From Octopus vulgaris (Eukaryota): DNA of 64,000 nucleotides. The first letter of the stretch is position 1. Each line of letters opens with the position of its first letter. This document shows positions 27,064 to 42,453 of this stretch, piece by piece. The position numbers were made by a program, and so were the translations under genes. Location of the stretch: the NCBI GenBank assembly GCA_951406725.2, contig OX597836.1, positions 27,900,001-27,964,000 on the forward strand, written 5' to 3'. Below the pieces are notes generated by a model that was given only the letters and a program-made list of their open reading frames with translations, was not told where the DNA came from and did not search any database.

Positions 27064-27663
27064 GGTGGTGGTGGTGGTGGTAACGATGATGATGATGATG
27101 GACAAAGAGGGATTCAGTAAAATAAAGCAAAAATCACTTCCTATGGACGCGCACGTGTCTCTTGAGGCCAGCTGGAGCCTTGCAAATCTTTCGACAAAGG
27201 AAATAAGATGAGGACTCAGTTTGCTTGAGTGCTTCTGGACCATTTACAAAATATTTGTGTATTTACCTATATACACTTATGTATAAGCATATTAGCATAT
27301 ATAAACATATTTAAATAAAAAATATTTGTATTTGTATATTATGTATGTATACATGTAGACACGCATATATGTATATACCGATATAAATGTATAAATGTGT
27401 ATAACGGTCTCTCCCGTCGTTAGACGATGTCTGAGTGTTCGGCAAGTTCTTCCTGAACAACCCCACAGAGGATGTATTTATAGTGACCAAATGTTTGTGT
27501 AGACATAAGCTCACTCCTTACACATGTCAGATAACGAAACGATCGCAGAGCGACGTGAAATTAAGTGATTTGCTCCAGAACACAACACAACGCCTGGTCT
27601 GGGAATCGAACGTAAGATCTCGCAATCATGAGTGCAACACCCTAACCACTAAGCCATGTATAG

Positions 27664-27895
<232 letters not shown>

Positions 27896-28414
27896 CACAC
27901 ACACACACACATACACACACATCACACACACACATATGTATATATATATAGTAAGTTCTTTACCACCAACTAGAATTCCTGTGAAAAAATATGTAAGCAT
28001 TAGTCTTTTGCACGAGGTTGCCCCGAAGATATCTGATCACATTGTGTTATTTTTTTACATCTAAAACTCTTAACATGGTTCGAATCCTGCGGATCCGAAG
28101 AACTGTTTACTTAGAGGCAAGATTGAAACATGTGTAGGCACTTTTTATGCCTATTTTTTGTTAATTTATGTTCATTTAAATTTTATTTGTAATAAACTAT
28201 TTGCTATGTTCTTATTGTGATACAAATTAAATAAGTGTCCACAAATATTTTCTCTCGAACTGTCTCAAATATAACTGCTCGAAACAGTTATGACTTCTGG
28301 TATTTGACTGAGGAAAGAAGGCCATGAATGACCTTCTGATTGTTGTTTCTCCTGTCCACCTTTGTATCGTCTGTCCGAAAGTTTTGTTGTCTTCTATTGC
28401 GTTTTTGTTCCATC

Positions 28415-28473
<59 letters not shown>

Positions 28474-28961
28474 CATAAGATATATCTATAGGGTAGCGAA
28501 TATTCGTTATAAATATCACCACCAGTGGCCTAGCATGTTTCAATAGTCAATAGACAACATATTCATATTTTAAAATCGTATACATTTATATATACATACT
28601 TAAATGTACTTATGTATATATATGCATGCAGCTATGGGTTGATTCGCGGAAAGAAGTCAGTCATTATGAAGCTGTACCATGTTTACTATCCTCCATTAGA
28701 GATAAGCTTGCTAATTACATTAAACCAATTGCATTTCGGTGACGTTTGCAATGGAGCAGAGCAGAGTGGCGGCCATATCAGAAGGCAAACTTCTTTGACC
28801 GTAAAGATTATCTTAGCGAAGTTCTACAAGGCCTTTCAGTGTGTATGTGTATGTATGTCAGTGTGTGTGTGTGTGTATGTGTGTGCGTGTGTGTGTGTGT
28901 GTGTTTTGTATACATATGTGCATGTATATATATGTGCATGTATATATATATAAACATATAC

Positions 28962-29017
<56 letters not shown>

Positions 29018-29027
29018 ATGTATGTAT

Positions 29028-29095
<68 letters not shown>

Positions 29096-29257
29096 ACACA
29101 CACAAACGCAACAGATGTAAACGGATATATGCACATACATGTGTATATATATATTTATATATATATATATAAATGTGTGTATATATATAGATACATACAT
29201 ACATATATATATATACATATATTTATATGTATATATATATACAAATATATATACATA

Positions 29258-29305
<48 letters not shown>

Positions 29306-30007
29306 GTGTGTGTGTGCGTGTGTTTGTCTTGATATGTCTTATATGGACTATTAAATACTTCTACTAATCTGCAAGCGGTTCTTTCTGCTTTGTGTCAGGC
29401 GGGCACACGAAGCACTTGAAATATTCATGCCTTGTCTGGCATCAAAACGTTTATCAAATGCTCTCACCTTGCAAACTGACATCTTCATTCTCCTTCCATC
29501 CACAACGCACCTCTCTATCTTTCTATCCATCTCGTTCCCCTTATTGTGTCTCCCTGTCAATATCCCTGGCTCAGTAAGGCGGCGAGCTGGCAGAAACGTT
29601 AGCACGCCGGGCGAAATGCTTAGCGGTATTTCGTCTGCCGTTACGTTCTGAGTTCAAATTCTATCAAATCCACTCACCAGGCATTGGTCTGTCCGAGGCT
29701 GTAGTAGAAGACAATTGCTCAAGGTGCCACGCAGTTGGACTGAACCCGGAACCATGTGGCTGGGAAGCCAACTTCTTGCTTCATAGCCGCAAATTTCCTT
29801 TTTTATAATTTTCTTACAAAAAATCTTAATTAACCCATAAACCCTTCGTTAAAAAAACTTCTAGGGAGAGGGAGGAGAAGAGCAAAACGTCTTCAGGGAA
29901 GAAGAATCCCTTCGTGCAAGTATTTCGCTCCTTAACACTTTACACTTTAAAGGAGCCTGGCCGCATCCAGATCTTGATTTCTGGTTTCTTCGCTACTGTC
30001 ACATTCT

Positions 30008-30347
30008 GTTCTATCATCTTACATTGCAACCTTCCTGGATGGTTGAGGTACCCCAGAGCCAAGCAACCTTGGGTTGTTTTATAAGCAGTTCAATATAAAA
30101 CATCAGTTGACTGTAGGGTAAATTGTGCCCTCTGAAATTCCCTTCCATTCCTCCGTCACCAGATCCGGTTGGAACCTTTCGTTCTATTATCTACATTGCA
30201 ACCCTCCTGGAGGGTTCAGGTACCCCACAGCCAAGCAACCTTGGGGTTTTTTTTTAATCAATTCAATATAAGATGTCAGTGACTGTAAGGTAAATTATAC
30301 CCTCTGAAATTCCCTTCCGTTCCTCCGTCACCAGATTCGGTTGGAAC
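30008..30347. repeat. Tandem duplication with a ~173-bp period
   Basis: 30008-30177 aligns with 30181-30347 (ACATTGCAACC..GCCAAGCAACCTTGGG..CCCTCTGAAATTCCCTTCC..CCGTCACCAGAT). Confidence 0.9.
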
Positions 30348-30453
30348 TCTTTTTAGCTGTTTCTGTCATTACCTTAAGAGCTCCTGTTCTCTTCCTGCCA
30401 GAAATTGCCCTGTCTCATAAACGGTTACTTATTTCATACGCACACGCACGCAC

Positions 30454-30507
<54 letters not shown>

Positions 30508-31294
30508 CGAATATATAAAAATGTCCACTTTAATTGCAAACCAGAAGCGTACTTCTGCATCAGAAACAGCTGGACAAACTGAAAAACGTTACGTTCAAAG
30601 TGAAACTAGGATCTTAGCAAAAATGCTGCGCACGCCAAGAGACCAGAAGCCAAGGCACCAACAGAACTCTGCTTACACAGTAATTGAACATGTTCAGACT
30701 CGTTACGAACAATAGATATTTTATGGCTTACAGGAACGGACGTAGAAATGCCAAAACAAAACCAAATTATTCAAACTGGAGCTAAATGTATTTTTTAAGA
30801 AGAGAGCAAGATTCTAACCTCAAAGACTCTAAATTGGCAACACTGATGAATAGAGATAGACACATATGTAGGTGAGAAGTGAGATGGATCATTAGTGAGG
30901 ACTGGAAGAATATAGACTCCGGAAATTATTCGCCACGCCCCACCTCTTTCCATCTTTAGTCAGCCATTTTGCAATTCCTCCTACTCCCACACATTTTCCA
31001 CTCCGACTCCATCTTCCATACCATTCTTTATTCTTTTTCCGTTGTAAGTCTTTTTTCAATTAAACGCTGACTGTTGTTATTTCAGTGAGACTAGTTTTCT
31101 GTTTATACATTCTCTCACTTTCTTCCGTCACACACACACACAGAGGCACACACACAAACACACACACACACACGCACACACACAGACACACGAATACACA
31201 AACATATGTGTACGCACAGAGTATGTATATGTGTATATATATATATTTATATATATATATATATACACATATATATACATATGTATACATACGT

Positions 31295-31370
<76 letters not shown>

Positions 31371-31576
31371 GGTGTGTGTGTAATGTATGTATATGCATAA
31401 ACACATATATATACACACACGCAAGTTTTGTTTTTTCATTTTACAACACTGAGGGTTTTGTGTCAACACAAGACACACATTTACACTATATATACACACT
31501 ATAAATACTTACTTATGCGTATGTGTATACATATATATGTCTGTATGTGTGTGTGTGCGCATGTGTATGTGCAGAT

Positions 31577-31607
<31 letters not shown>

Positions 31608-31652
31608 CACATATGTAACAAAACAAAAGACGGTATTATACAAACACACGCA

Positions 31653-31701
<49 letters not shown>

Positions 31702-31870
31702 TTTTATATATATACTTTTCTACTCTAGGCACAAGGCCCGAAATTTCTGGGGAGGGGGCCAGTCGATTAGATCGACCCCAGTACGCAACTGGTACTTAAT
31801 TTATCGATCCCGAAAGGATGAAAGTCAAAGTCAACCTCGGCGGAATTGGAACTCAGAACGTAAAGACAGA

Positions 31871-31908
<38 letters not shown>

Positions 31909-32212
31909 ATACGCACACACTCACGCACACATACACACACCATATACTCTTCAATTGATTTGAAACAAAAGGCTACAATCATTGAGAAACACTGCCCTCA
32001 ATGGGTTTCAATTGCTTTTATAGGTACCAGTAATTACTCCAGTCTGTTGAAAGTTTTAACGAATCGCTAAGTTACGTTTTACTACTGTTTCTCATTTTCC
32101 GGCACACACACACACACACACAACGCACATTCACATACACAATACACAAAGATACCCCAACCCATACTACTTTTATGCCTCTTTCACAAATACACACGCA
32201 CGCACTCACATA

Positions 32213-32255
<43 letters not shown>

Positions 32256-32379
32256 GTGTGTGATATCTGTCAGTAAAGAGTATAACAGAGCTTCTCCTTA
32301 AGAAAGTGGAATGAGGGGAGGAAGTGTCTCGGGTTTTCTTGTAAGACTGTGGGAGATAGTGAAGAAGAGGGAAGGGAAG

Positions 32380-32468
32380 AATTTAAAAGGAAGAAAGAAA
32401 GCGAGACAGATTGAAGGAAAGAAAGAGGGGAAGGGGAGAGGGAGAGGGAGAGGGAGAGAAAGAGAAAG

Positions 32469-32530
<62 letters not shown>

Positions 32531-32553
32531 CAAGAAAGAAAGAAAGAAAGAAA

Positions 32554-32597
<44 letters not shown>

Positions 32598-32864
32598 GAA
32601 AGAAAGCAAGAAAGAAAGAAAGAGGAAGAAAGAGGTAGAAAGAGATGAAGTTCAGAAAGAAAAAAGAAGCGAAGGAAGGAAGCAAGGAAAGAAGGAAGGA
32701 AGGAAGGAAGGAAGAAAGAAAGGAAGGGAGGAAGGAAGGAAGGAAGGAAGGAAGGAAGGAAGGAAGGAAGATAGGAAGGAAAAGAAAGAGAGACAGAAAG
32801 AGAGAGAAGAAAGGAAGAAAGAGTAAAAGTCCGAAAGAAAGAAAGAAAGAAAGAAAGGAAGGAA

Positions 32865-32897
<33 letters not shown>

Positions 32898-33050
32898 GAC
32901 GAACGAACGAAAGAGAGAAAAAATGAAAAAGATAGAGAAAGAAGGACAGAAGGAGAGAGATATACATACATACATACAGACAGACAGAAACAAAGAAAGA
33001 AAGAAAGAAAGAATGAATGAATGAAAGAAGGGCGAGGGGGGGAGGGAGGA
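32380..33050. repeat. Purine-rich (GAAA)n/(GGAA)n tract
   Basis: About 670 bp almost free of pyrimidines on the + strand. Confidence 0.95.
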
Positions 33051-33248
33051 AAAGACGAGGTTGGACAACAGTGTGAGTGGGGAAGTGTTGTGAGGGTGGT
33101 TGGTGAAACAAAGGGGTTAGTTTAGGCCCCAGTTTTTGACATGCTCCGTGATGCTATCATCTTACAAGATGCAGGCGGGTTGTCTTGTAAGGGGCTAATG
33201 TCGGTAGCGAAAATAGCTGGCTGTTTGTCTGTTAGTCGTTCTGGCTTT

Positions 33249-33315
<67 letters not shown>

Positions 33316-33331
33316 CATACATGTATATATG

Positions 33332-33395
<64 letters not shown>

Positions 33396-33902
33396 TATAG
33401 ATATATTTATATATACACACATACACACACACATATATATTTATATAATCCAAAAATACAAAAGCAATCACAAAATGCAAAGCCGATATTCAAACATACA
33501 TTCATTCATTCACTTATACTTAGATGCGAACGTACGTACGTATGTATGTATGTACGTACGTACCTAGGTATGCGTGTATGTATGAACGTACGTATGTATG
33601 AATGTATGTATGTATGTATGTATGTATGTATGTATGTGTGTGTGGGCGTGTATGTATGTGTGTGGGTGTGTATGTACTTATGAATGTATGTATGTTTGAA
33701 TATAGGCTTTGTGCTTTCTGTGTTTCGTATTTTTGGATCACACACACACACACACATTGTATTTTAAGGAGCTGTTAGTAATTGACTGATATTCCTACCC
33801 TAGTATTCCGCCCACACTTGATAACAACAACAACAACAGCAACAATAACAAGTAAACAGACTGGCACGGCTTTGTGCTTCTTCTAAGAAATAACTGTTTT
33901 AA

Positions 33903-34117
33903 CCCTTTTGTTACTGTATTTATTTTGAGATGCTCTGTTTCTTTCAATTTTAAATATAACAAAGAATTTAGTAAAATGACTTAGTTATCATTAAGCTAGT
34001 GTTAAGAACATAAATTGTGACTAGGTTTGGTGGAAGATTTTAATTCAGAACTTATGAAAACAAAACATTTGTACTACAGAGCCAGAAGCGGTATCAACCG
34101 TGTTGATATGAAAAGGG
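33903..34117. mobile_element. piggyBac-type MITE, copy 1
   Basis: TTAA|CCCTTTT...AAAAGGG|TTAA termini with a TTAA target duplication. Confidence 0.8.
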
Positions 34118-34216
34118 TTAATTTGCAGATTTTGTTTCATATAGTTGTTTGGACTTGTTAGAAATAACAGTCAAATCTTCTGCAAATTGAAAACACATCT
34201 GACTGAATGTCTTTAA

Positions 34217-34437
34217 CCATTTTGTTACCATATTTCTGTTGAGATGCTCAGTGTTTCTTTCAATTATTTTAAATATAACAATGAATTCAGTAAAATAATT
34301 TAGTTATCATTAAGCTATTGTTAGGAACATAAATTGTGATTAAGGTTTGGAGGAAGATTTTAATTCAAAACATGAAAACAAAACATTTTTGTACTACATA
34401 GCCAGAAGCAGTTTCAGGTGGGATGGTATCAAAAGGG
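34217..34437. mobile_element. piggyBac-type MITE, copy 2 (same family, about 95 bp downstream)
   Basis: TTAA|CCATTTTGTTACC...GGTATCAAAAGGG|TTAA; the body aligns with copy 1. Confidence 0.8.
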
Positions 34438-34770
34438 TTAATGAAGACTACGGTCGGTGAAAGTTATTCATAAACTTCGCTTGGCGCAGGGAAGTAAAAG
34501 GATTTTTTTTTTATGTAAACCGTGTCGTTACTGTGTATTTCGGAAGTGAACAATAAACATAAACAATGAATAAAGAAGATAAACGTTGTTGTGAACCGTT
34601 TAGTGATAACAGAAGAGGTGTGTTGTGCAGAAATAGAAATGAATATTATGAACGAGATACTATATACCCCATTCATCACCAGCACTAGCACCACCATGAG
34701 CTGCACACCTCTGTACCCCACCTCAACCCATCTCTAACTGTACTGTGTAATTGAGTGGAGAACAATGTTT

Positions 34771-35184
34771 GGATCTTTTCGGTTTGAACGGCAGTTTCTT
34801 AAAATAATTTCCACGTAACTAAACACTTTTACACTTCGTATACTGGTAGAATGTGTTTATAAAACATCTTTTTCTCTTGGCTTTATTGAGAAAATTCTGT
34901 GGTTTCTAAGATATTTGGGGTTTTGTTTTCTTCAATTTCTGCAATTTCAACCAATCACTGACGTCTATTGAGGTAAAAAAACATTTTGTGCCGTATGAAT
35001 ATGTCCCTCGTTTAAGAAACAGATTGGGTTTATTTACATTTGTGAAGAAAAAAAAATACCCTTCCCCCCACCCCTAACCCTAAAACAGATTGAAATGCAA
35101 TAGATCGATACTAGGGTCATAATTATGGGTGACAATTTCATATGACACCGCTAGAAAAAACTGCCGTTCAAACGGAAAAGATCC
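34771..35184. mobile_element. MITE with 27-bp TIRs and an 8-bp TSD (Merlin-like)
   Basis: TIRs GGATCTTTTCGGTTTGAACGGCAGTTT and AAACTGCCGTTCAAACGGAAAAGATCC (one mismatch). Perfect TSD CAATGTTT at 34763-34770 and 35185-35192. Confidence 0.88.
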
Positions 35185-36607
35185 CAATGTTTCACGTAGT
35201 AAACGTCACAATGAACCGTTCGCTGATCACAAAGAAAGGACCGCTGTACATTTCTGTTTGCGCTACCATGAAAGCTATTCTTTCTTCCAGTAAACATCAA
35301 TGTACTTTTCCGCACGCACCATTTCTTATCTCTACTGTTTTGTTTTTGTTTTGTTATTTGTTTGATTTTCTTTCTTTTCTTTTCTTTCTTTTTTTTTTTT
35401 TGCTCTTTTTGCTAGACAGGGATTCTCTAACTGGTTGCTAGAAATAGGAGGTAAATATCTAAACCATACTCTACTGCATTGGAAACGATGAACAACATTA
35501 CGTAATGTAGTCGATGATAACCATAAGACAGGATGGTCACAGCCGGAATGCCTTCCATTATTGGGTTACTCGGACAAGATTGCCCCAGGACTAGACAATA
35601 ACCACAACAATTGACTTAATAGAAGAGCATTTCTATTGACTGGCTTTAAGACGGTTTTTTGTTGTGACTAACTTTAAGCCTGTCTTTAGCTTGTTATGAC
35701 TGGCTTCAAGATTTTTATTTTTATGACTGACTGACTGACTTTAAGACTGTCTGCTGTTACGGTTGATTGACTTTAAGACCGTCTATTGTTATGACTGTTC
35801 GATCGACTCCAGTGCGTGACTGGTACTTATTTAATCGACCCCGAAAGGATGAAAGGCAAAGTCGACCTCGACGGAATTTGAACTCAAAGCGTAGAGACAG
35901 ACGAAATACCTATTTCTATTTATTTACTACCCACAAGGGGCTAAACACAGAGGGGACAAACAAGGACAGAGAAAAGGTTTAAGTCGATTAGATTGACCCC
36001 AGTACGTAACTGGTACTTAATTTATCGACCCCGAAAGGATGAAAGGCAAAGTCGACATCGGCGGAATTTGAACTCAGACCGCAGCGGCAGACGAAATACC
36101 GCTAAGCATTTCGCCCAGCGTTCTAACGTTTCTGCCAACTCGCCACCTTAGCAGCAATTATATCAACAAAATAAAACCGGCGCGAAAGGAATCCACCCCC
36201 ACTCCACGTTCTCCTCCACCCACCTATTGTTTTTTTGTTTTCTTTTTGCTTTGTTTTTTTGTTGTTTTTTTTTTACTTTCTTCTAGAGTAAATTGGACAG
36301 ACAAACACTATAAACAATGTATTAGATTTCCAGATAAAACCGGGAAGGAATAAATAAATGGTAGAGTGAAACAATAAAAGGCGCAGAGTGAAGTTGGAGG
36401 AGGTGGGAGATGGGGTAGGAAAGGAGACAGCGAGGGGGAGGGAGATGTAAGAAGGAGGGGGAGTAGGACTAAAATAGCTGTCTTAAAACGATGGAAGTAA
36501 TAGAACAAAAAGATACAAAAAAAATAACTAGGTACACCTCTCCTTATACAGTTGACAACCAGTTCAGTCTGAAAATAGATCTTGATAAGGCGGCAAGTGG
36601 TATTTCA

Positions 36608-36766
<159 letters not shown>

Positions 36767-37349
36767 TAATAATAATAATGATAATGATTTCTTTGTTAAC
36801 TACAAGGGTTTACATTAAGAAAAACGTTATGGATAGTACAGGACAAAACAAAGAATGTGTGTGAATGTGTGTTGTTGTTGTGAGGGTTTTGCATGTAAAT
36901 AAGACTAGCAAAATTTTTTTTAAATCAGCAATGTGTGATCCTCAATAAGGAGGGGACATTCGTGGTCTGCTCATGGAAAAATCCCATAAAAAAAAAGCAT
37001 GGGTATCCTGACTTTTAGAGCAGGTGACTTATTTTCCTTTCCTATTTCCAACTCGCACCATTCTCGCAACTTCGATGAAGAAGAAAAAGAAGAAGATAAA
37101 GAACAACAACAACAACGATAGCAATAATAAAAATAATATTATTAATATTATCATTCTGTAATTTTTTTTTTATCACGTACTTTCACTGAACTAATGAGCG
37201 CAGCTCTGTGCGCCTTGATTATGTGCTGTGGTTTGTTGTGAGGCTCTTATTTTTATTGTATTGAAAGTGTTTTACGTAGGATGTGTGCGGTGTTTAGTAG
37301 CGCTATTATATTACTATTATTACGGTAAGCTCGCAGAATCGTTGAAGCA

Positions 37350-37755
37350 AAGCTACCCACCAAAATGTCCCATCAAACAACATCAATAAAACATATTGCA
37401 TAGCTAGCTCTAATAAACATAGCACAACCAAGAGCGAAATACAACCAACTGTCACCAGATTATAGCTAGAAGACAGAACAAAATGCCTAGGAGACAGAAC
37501 AAAATGCTAACCAAACATAACTTTGAAATTCTATAAAGACAATTTTTTAGCATGTCCCAAATGTACAGGGCTCAACCCCGTAAGGACGAGTTAGGTCTAG
37601 AAGCAAGGATATTTTAAAAGAAACCATCAATATCCAAAATCAAATAAGCGACAAAATATTGCAGCGGATCACTGGATTATTTGTTATCAACCAGGGTAAA
37701 GGAAAGCTGTACAAATTTCCCAACTTTGATATAAAAGAATTTTATCCACCAATTG
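37350..37755 (+). mobile_element. Degraded Penelope-like reverse transcriptase fragment
   Basis: Frameshifted peptides ITLKFYKDNF..PKC..LNP..ELG and FDIKEFYPPI resemble the PLE RT motifs ITLKDHK..NPKCRLINP and FDIxxFYPSI. Confidence 0.65.
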
Positions 37756-38229
37756 TAAATTTTATTCTAAATTCTCTTGGTTTTGAAGTTTGTGTTTAAT
37801 TGTAATGTCTGTAAATTGTTGTAATAGCCACAGGTATGGCTGTGTGGTTAAGAACCTTAATCTGTAATGCGTGGTTTCGGGTTCAATGCCACAGTACAGC
37901 ACCTCGGGCAAGTGTCTTTTACTATAGTTCCAGACTAACCAATACCATGTGAATAATCTGGTGGATGGAAACTACCCCTGCTAGGCTATTGACAAGCAAC
38001 AATCAGAAGGAAAACGAAATACCGGTGCCGTGGGATTCTTATAGGAAAATGATACTTTTGAAATGATACTTTGGAAGTTTGATTTAATTCATTTCAGTTG
38101 GTTTTCCCTTTATTTCAACATGACTAAATCTATTTTTGAAAGCGAGTGAAACCTGTAGGCAATTAGCTAGAAATATAATTTTTTTTTTCAGTTGTTCCAT
38201 GAATAAATTTTCAGAGCAGTTTCTTTTTG

Positions 38230-38293
<64 letters not shown>

Positions 38294-38337
38294 GTGTGTG
38301 TTTGTGCGTGCGTGTGTGCATGTATGTAGAAAGATAG

Positions 38338-38396
<59 letters not shown>

Positions 38397-39226
38397 AAAG
38401 AGAAAGAGAGAGATGTGTGAAATATTGTCTGCACTCATATCTTGATTAAATTCTTGCTTTTAATTAAGAGACTACTAAACGGAACGTCACATATTGTTGT
38501 TGTAATTATGATGTTTGATAATGGTAACGGTCATAATGATCATGGGGTGGGGAGGAGGAGGAGGAGGAAGGAGGAAGGCGTGGGGAGAGTGACGACGACG
38601 ATGATGATTAGGACGATGTCGAAAAATAGTTGTAACTGTAACGAGAAACAAACAAGCAAAACAACCAACTCAATGGCAACAACAACGCCGACATTTTGAG
38701 CTTCTTCTCACAGTACATACTCCTTAGCAAGCATTCTCCCAACATTCGTGCAACGCGTTACAAAAGCATCCTGTGAGAATGAATGATAAGCGAAAACAAA
38801 ATTAGGTTGAGACTGGGTGCTGGGGACGAAGTGGGGGGTTACTACTTCGGAATTTGGAGAAGAATCTTTAAAAACATAAAATGAGGTTAAACACAGACGT
38901 TGGATTTGAATTAAATGCGGGGTCCTGGACATTAGAGTAGAAGTGTATTTGTTATTTGTGTGCAAGATTCCATGTTTTTTCTTTTTTTTTTCTTTGTGGC
39001 GGTTGGGGAGTGCGGAGGGAGGGAGGTTCGGGTACAATGTTTACGTCAAACACATACAAACAACACGGATTCGTATGCACGCACGCACGCACGCAAATTC
39101 TCACACGCACATATGTTTGCACGTGGATGCACGCACTCACAGAAAAAAAAAACGACCGCGTATTTACAGACACAGTCACCCCTGTTCACATTAAGTTAAT
39201 TTACGAGTTGATAAAACAAATTATAT

Positions 39227-39471
<245 letters not shown>

Positions 39472-39743
39472 CATATAAATATATATACATTATACATGTA
39501 TATGTACGGATGTATGTGTGTGTGTGTGTGTGCGTGCGTGTGTGTAATACAGAGGCTGACAAAATAAACACCCTAGCATTATTAACTCTTCAGTTATTGC
39601 TTCCTTTATGTACAGAGTTCAAATCCTACGAGGGTCAATTGACATTTACCATGCATCCAGCAACTCCACTGTCCAAAGAAGAGGCGGCTTTGTGATCGGT
39701 TGAAGGAATAATTATAACAGTCAGCTTCTCCATCTGTCTATAT

Positions 39744-40317
39744 CAGTGCTTCCCAACCGGGAACCATATGGCCCTTGAGGGTCTATAGAAGATTTTGTGG
39801 GGTCCACACATCAAAATAGTAAATTGGGGATCCACAATAGTATTTTAAAGGCCCCTGAAAATATTTGTATTGGTATGTATTGCAAGGAACAGCTAGGTTC
39901 CTTTCTCTAACATTTTACATAGTTCGACCTACAAAAGTTAATGTGAGAAAATACAAAATGGGAATTTTCAAAGAAGTTTCTATAAAACTAGTTTTTAAAC
40001 ATCATATGGCTATGAGGAGTTCACCAGACTAAAATAGCATTTAAAGGGGTCCATAGATAAAAAAAAAAAAAAGTGGTTGTGAACCTCTGCTTTAGACGTA
40101 TGTATTGGTATGTATTGCAAGAAAGAGCTAGGTTTTTTCTCAAACATTTTACACAATTCAACCTACACAAGTTAATGTGTGGAAAACAAAATAAGAATTC
40201 TGGAAGAAGTATGTATAAAACTGGTTTCTAAACATCGAATGGTTGTGGGAGTTCGCCAGAATTGAATAGTAATCAAAAGGGTCCATAGATAAAAAAAGAA
40301 ATGGTTAAGAAGCCCTG
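39744..40317. mobile_element. hAT/Charlie-like MITE (39744-40089) plus a tandem copy of its right half (40098-40317)
   Basis: Termini CAGTGCTTCCCAACC and GGTTGTGAACCTCTG. 39865-40089 aligns with 40098-40317, which ends GGTTAAGAAGCCCTG. Confidence 0.7.
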
Positions 40318-40724
40318 CCAAAGGTGGACTCTCCTGTCGTGTATGACAGGAGGGGGTTCCGCAATTTTTTGGCTGAACAATCTGCACAGAATATTTGTTC
40401 ATAGTGATCAAATATTTGTGTGCACGATGTGTGCCACACATCAGACGTCGAAGTGACGTGGAATGAAGTGTTTTGTTCAAGAACACAACGCCACCACCAG
40501 GTCCAGGAATCGAAACCACGGCCAGGTGATCGTGAGCGCAACGACCCTAACCACCGACCAAGCCACGCGCCTTGATTGTTGCAGTCATGTCTAGTTCATC
40601 TTGTCTATATATCATGAATGGTGACCACCACAACTGACAAGTGGTATACGAACCAATTAGAGAACCTCCACCTACGTTGTCACGTGACAACAAATCACCA
40701 GCAACACTAACAACAAGAACAACA

Positions 40725-41194
40725 GCAGCAGTAGCAACAACAACTACTATTACTACTATTGCTGCTGTCGTTACCACAATTACAACAAAAACTACCACCA
40801 CTACTTCTGCTTCTGCTACTACAACGACTTCTATTACTACTACCACAACTACTACTGCTACTACTACAACTACTACTACTACAGCTACTACAACAACAAC
40901 TACTACTACTAACACTACTACTACTACTGCTACTACTGCTACTGCTACTACTACTGCTGCTACTACAACTACTACTACTACTACTACTAACACTACTACT
41001 GTTACTGCTGCTATTACTGCTACTACTGCTGCTGCTGCTACTACTGCTACTAATTTTACTACTACCACTACTACTACTAATTTTACTACTACCACTACTA
41101 CTACTGCTAATACTACTGTTACTACTACTACTACTACCGCTACTACAACTGCTACTACTTTTACTACTACCACTACTACTGCTAATACTATTGT

Positions 41195-41234
<40 letters not shown>

Positions 41235-41235
41235 G
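40725..41235. repeat. Degenerate (CTA)n triplet array
   Basis: Seen directly; it produces poly-T, poly-V, poly-L and poly-S pseudo-ORFs. Confidence 0.95.
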
Positions 41236-41781
41236 CATCGACCCAACCTGAGCCATTGTGTTGGTAACTAGTTTCCCGAAGCAATGTTTTCTTGACACTT
41301 TCAGTTCCCAGTTTAACTCACCTGGTTACTATTATGGCTACCATACCCTACATCTCATCCTCCTCCATCTCACACCCTTACTTACAAACTCCTACGTAGA
41401 CAACCCCAATACCCACCCGTCCACCCCGTCTGCATACCATGTACAGAGCACACCACACCCTACATTCTGATAAGTTGGAAATGGCACGAGAACACAAGAC
41501 ATGCACACACAAACGCATACACACACACACACACACGAATACACACATATGTATGTATGTACGTAGATTTGTATGCATGTATGTATGTATGTATGTATGT
41601 ATGTATGTATGTATGTATGTATGCATGTATCCGTATATGCATGTATACAAACACACATACTATGTACATGCATATATATACACACTCACACACACACACA
41701 CACATATATATATATACTTATATATATAATGGGTGCATTCGGATGATTTAAGTGTATGTGTATGTATGTGTGTGTGCGTGC

Positions 41782-41828
<47 letters not shown>

Positions 41829-41941
41829 TGCGTGTGTGCATGTGTGTGTATTTGTGTACATGCGTGTGCGAGTAAAGAACTGGTTCGGACAATCTTTTGC
41901 AGCTACTCAGAAAAGCCATTACTAGTAAACATGTGTATGTG

Positions 41942-41996
<55 letters not shown>

Positions 41997-42374
41997 ATTT
42001 ATGTCTGTGTATACATTAGTTAATTGTCTCGAACGTACTCTACATAAGTAATGTTTACATTGTTCATATACAACTATAAATATATGCACAAATATAGGAA
42101 GTGTGTGTGCATATATACATACACAAACACACACACACACACACATATATATATTGCGTGCGGTATGTGGATTTATAAATGTATTGTATACATATAATTA
42201 TGTATGTATGCATGTATGTATGTATGTATGTATGTATGTATGTATGTATGTATGTATGTATTTACGTATATACATGCTTACATACATGCCCACGCGTATA
42301 ATTCAACATATATACAGAGTTTTCCATACATACCGATGAGAATGTAATTGAATATACATACATGAATATATATC

Positions 42375-42453
<79 letters not shown>

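Noticed and set aside
32270-33111. Lys/Glu/Arg-rich and Phe/Leu/Ser-rich ORFs
   Set aside because: These are translations of (GAAA)n/(GGAA)n repeats.
34771-35184. Interstitial telomere
   Set aside because: Only two CCCTAA units, located inside a MITE.
40641-41267. 208-aa Thr-rich mucin-like ORF
   Set aside because: It is a degenerate (CTA)n array open in several frames on both strands, with a non-ATG start and no signal peptide. An exon cannot be fully excluded without RNA data.
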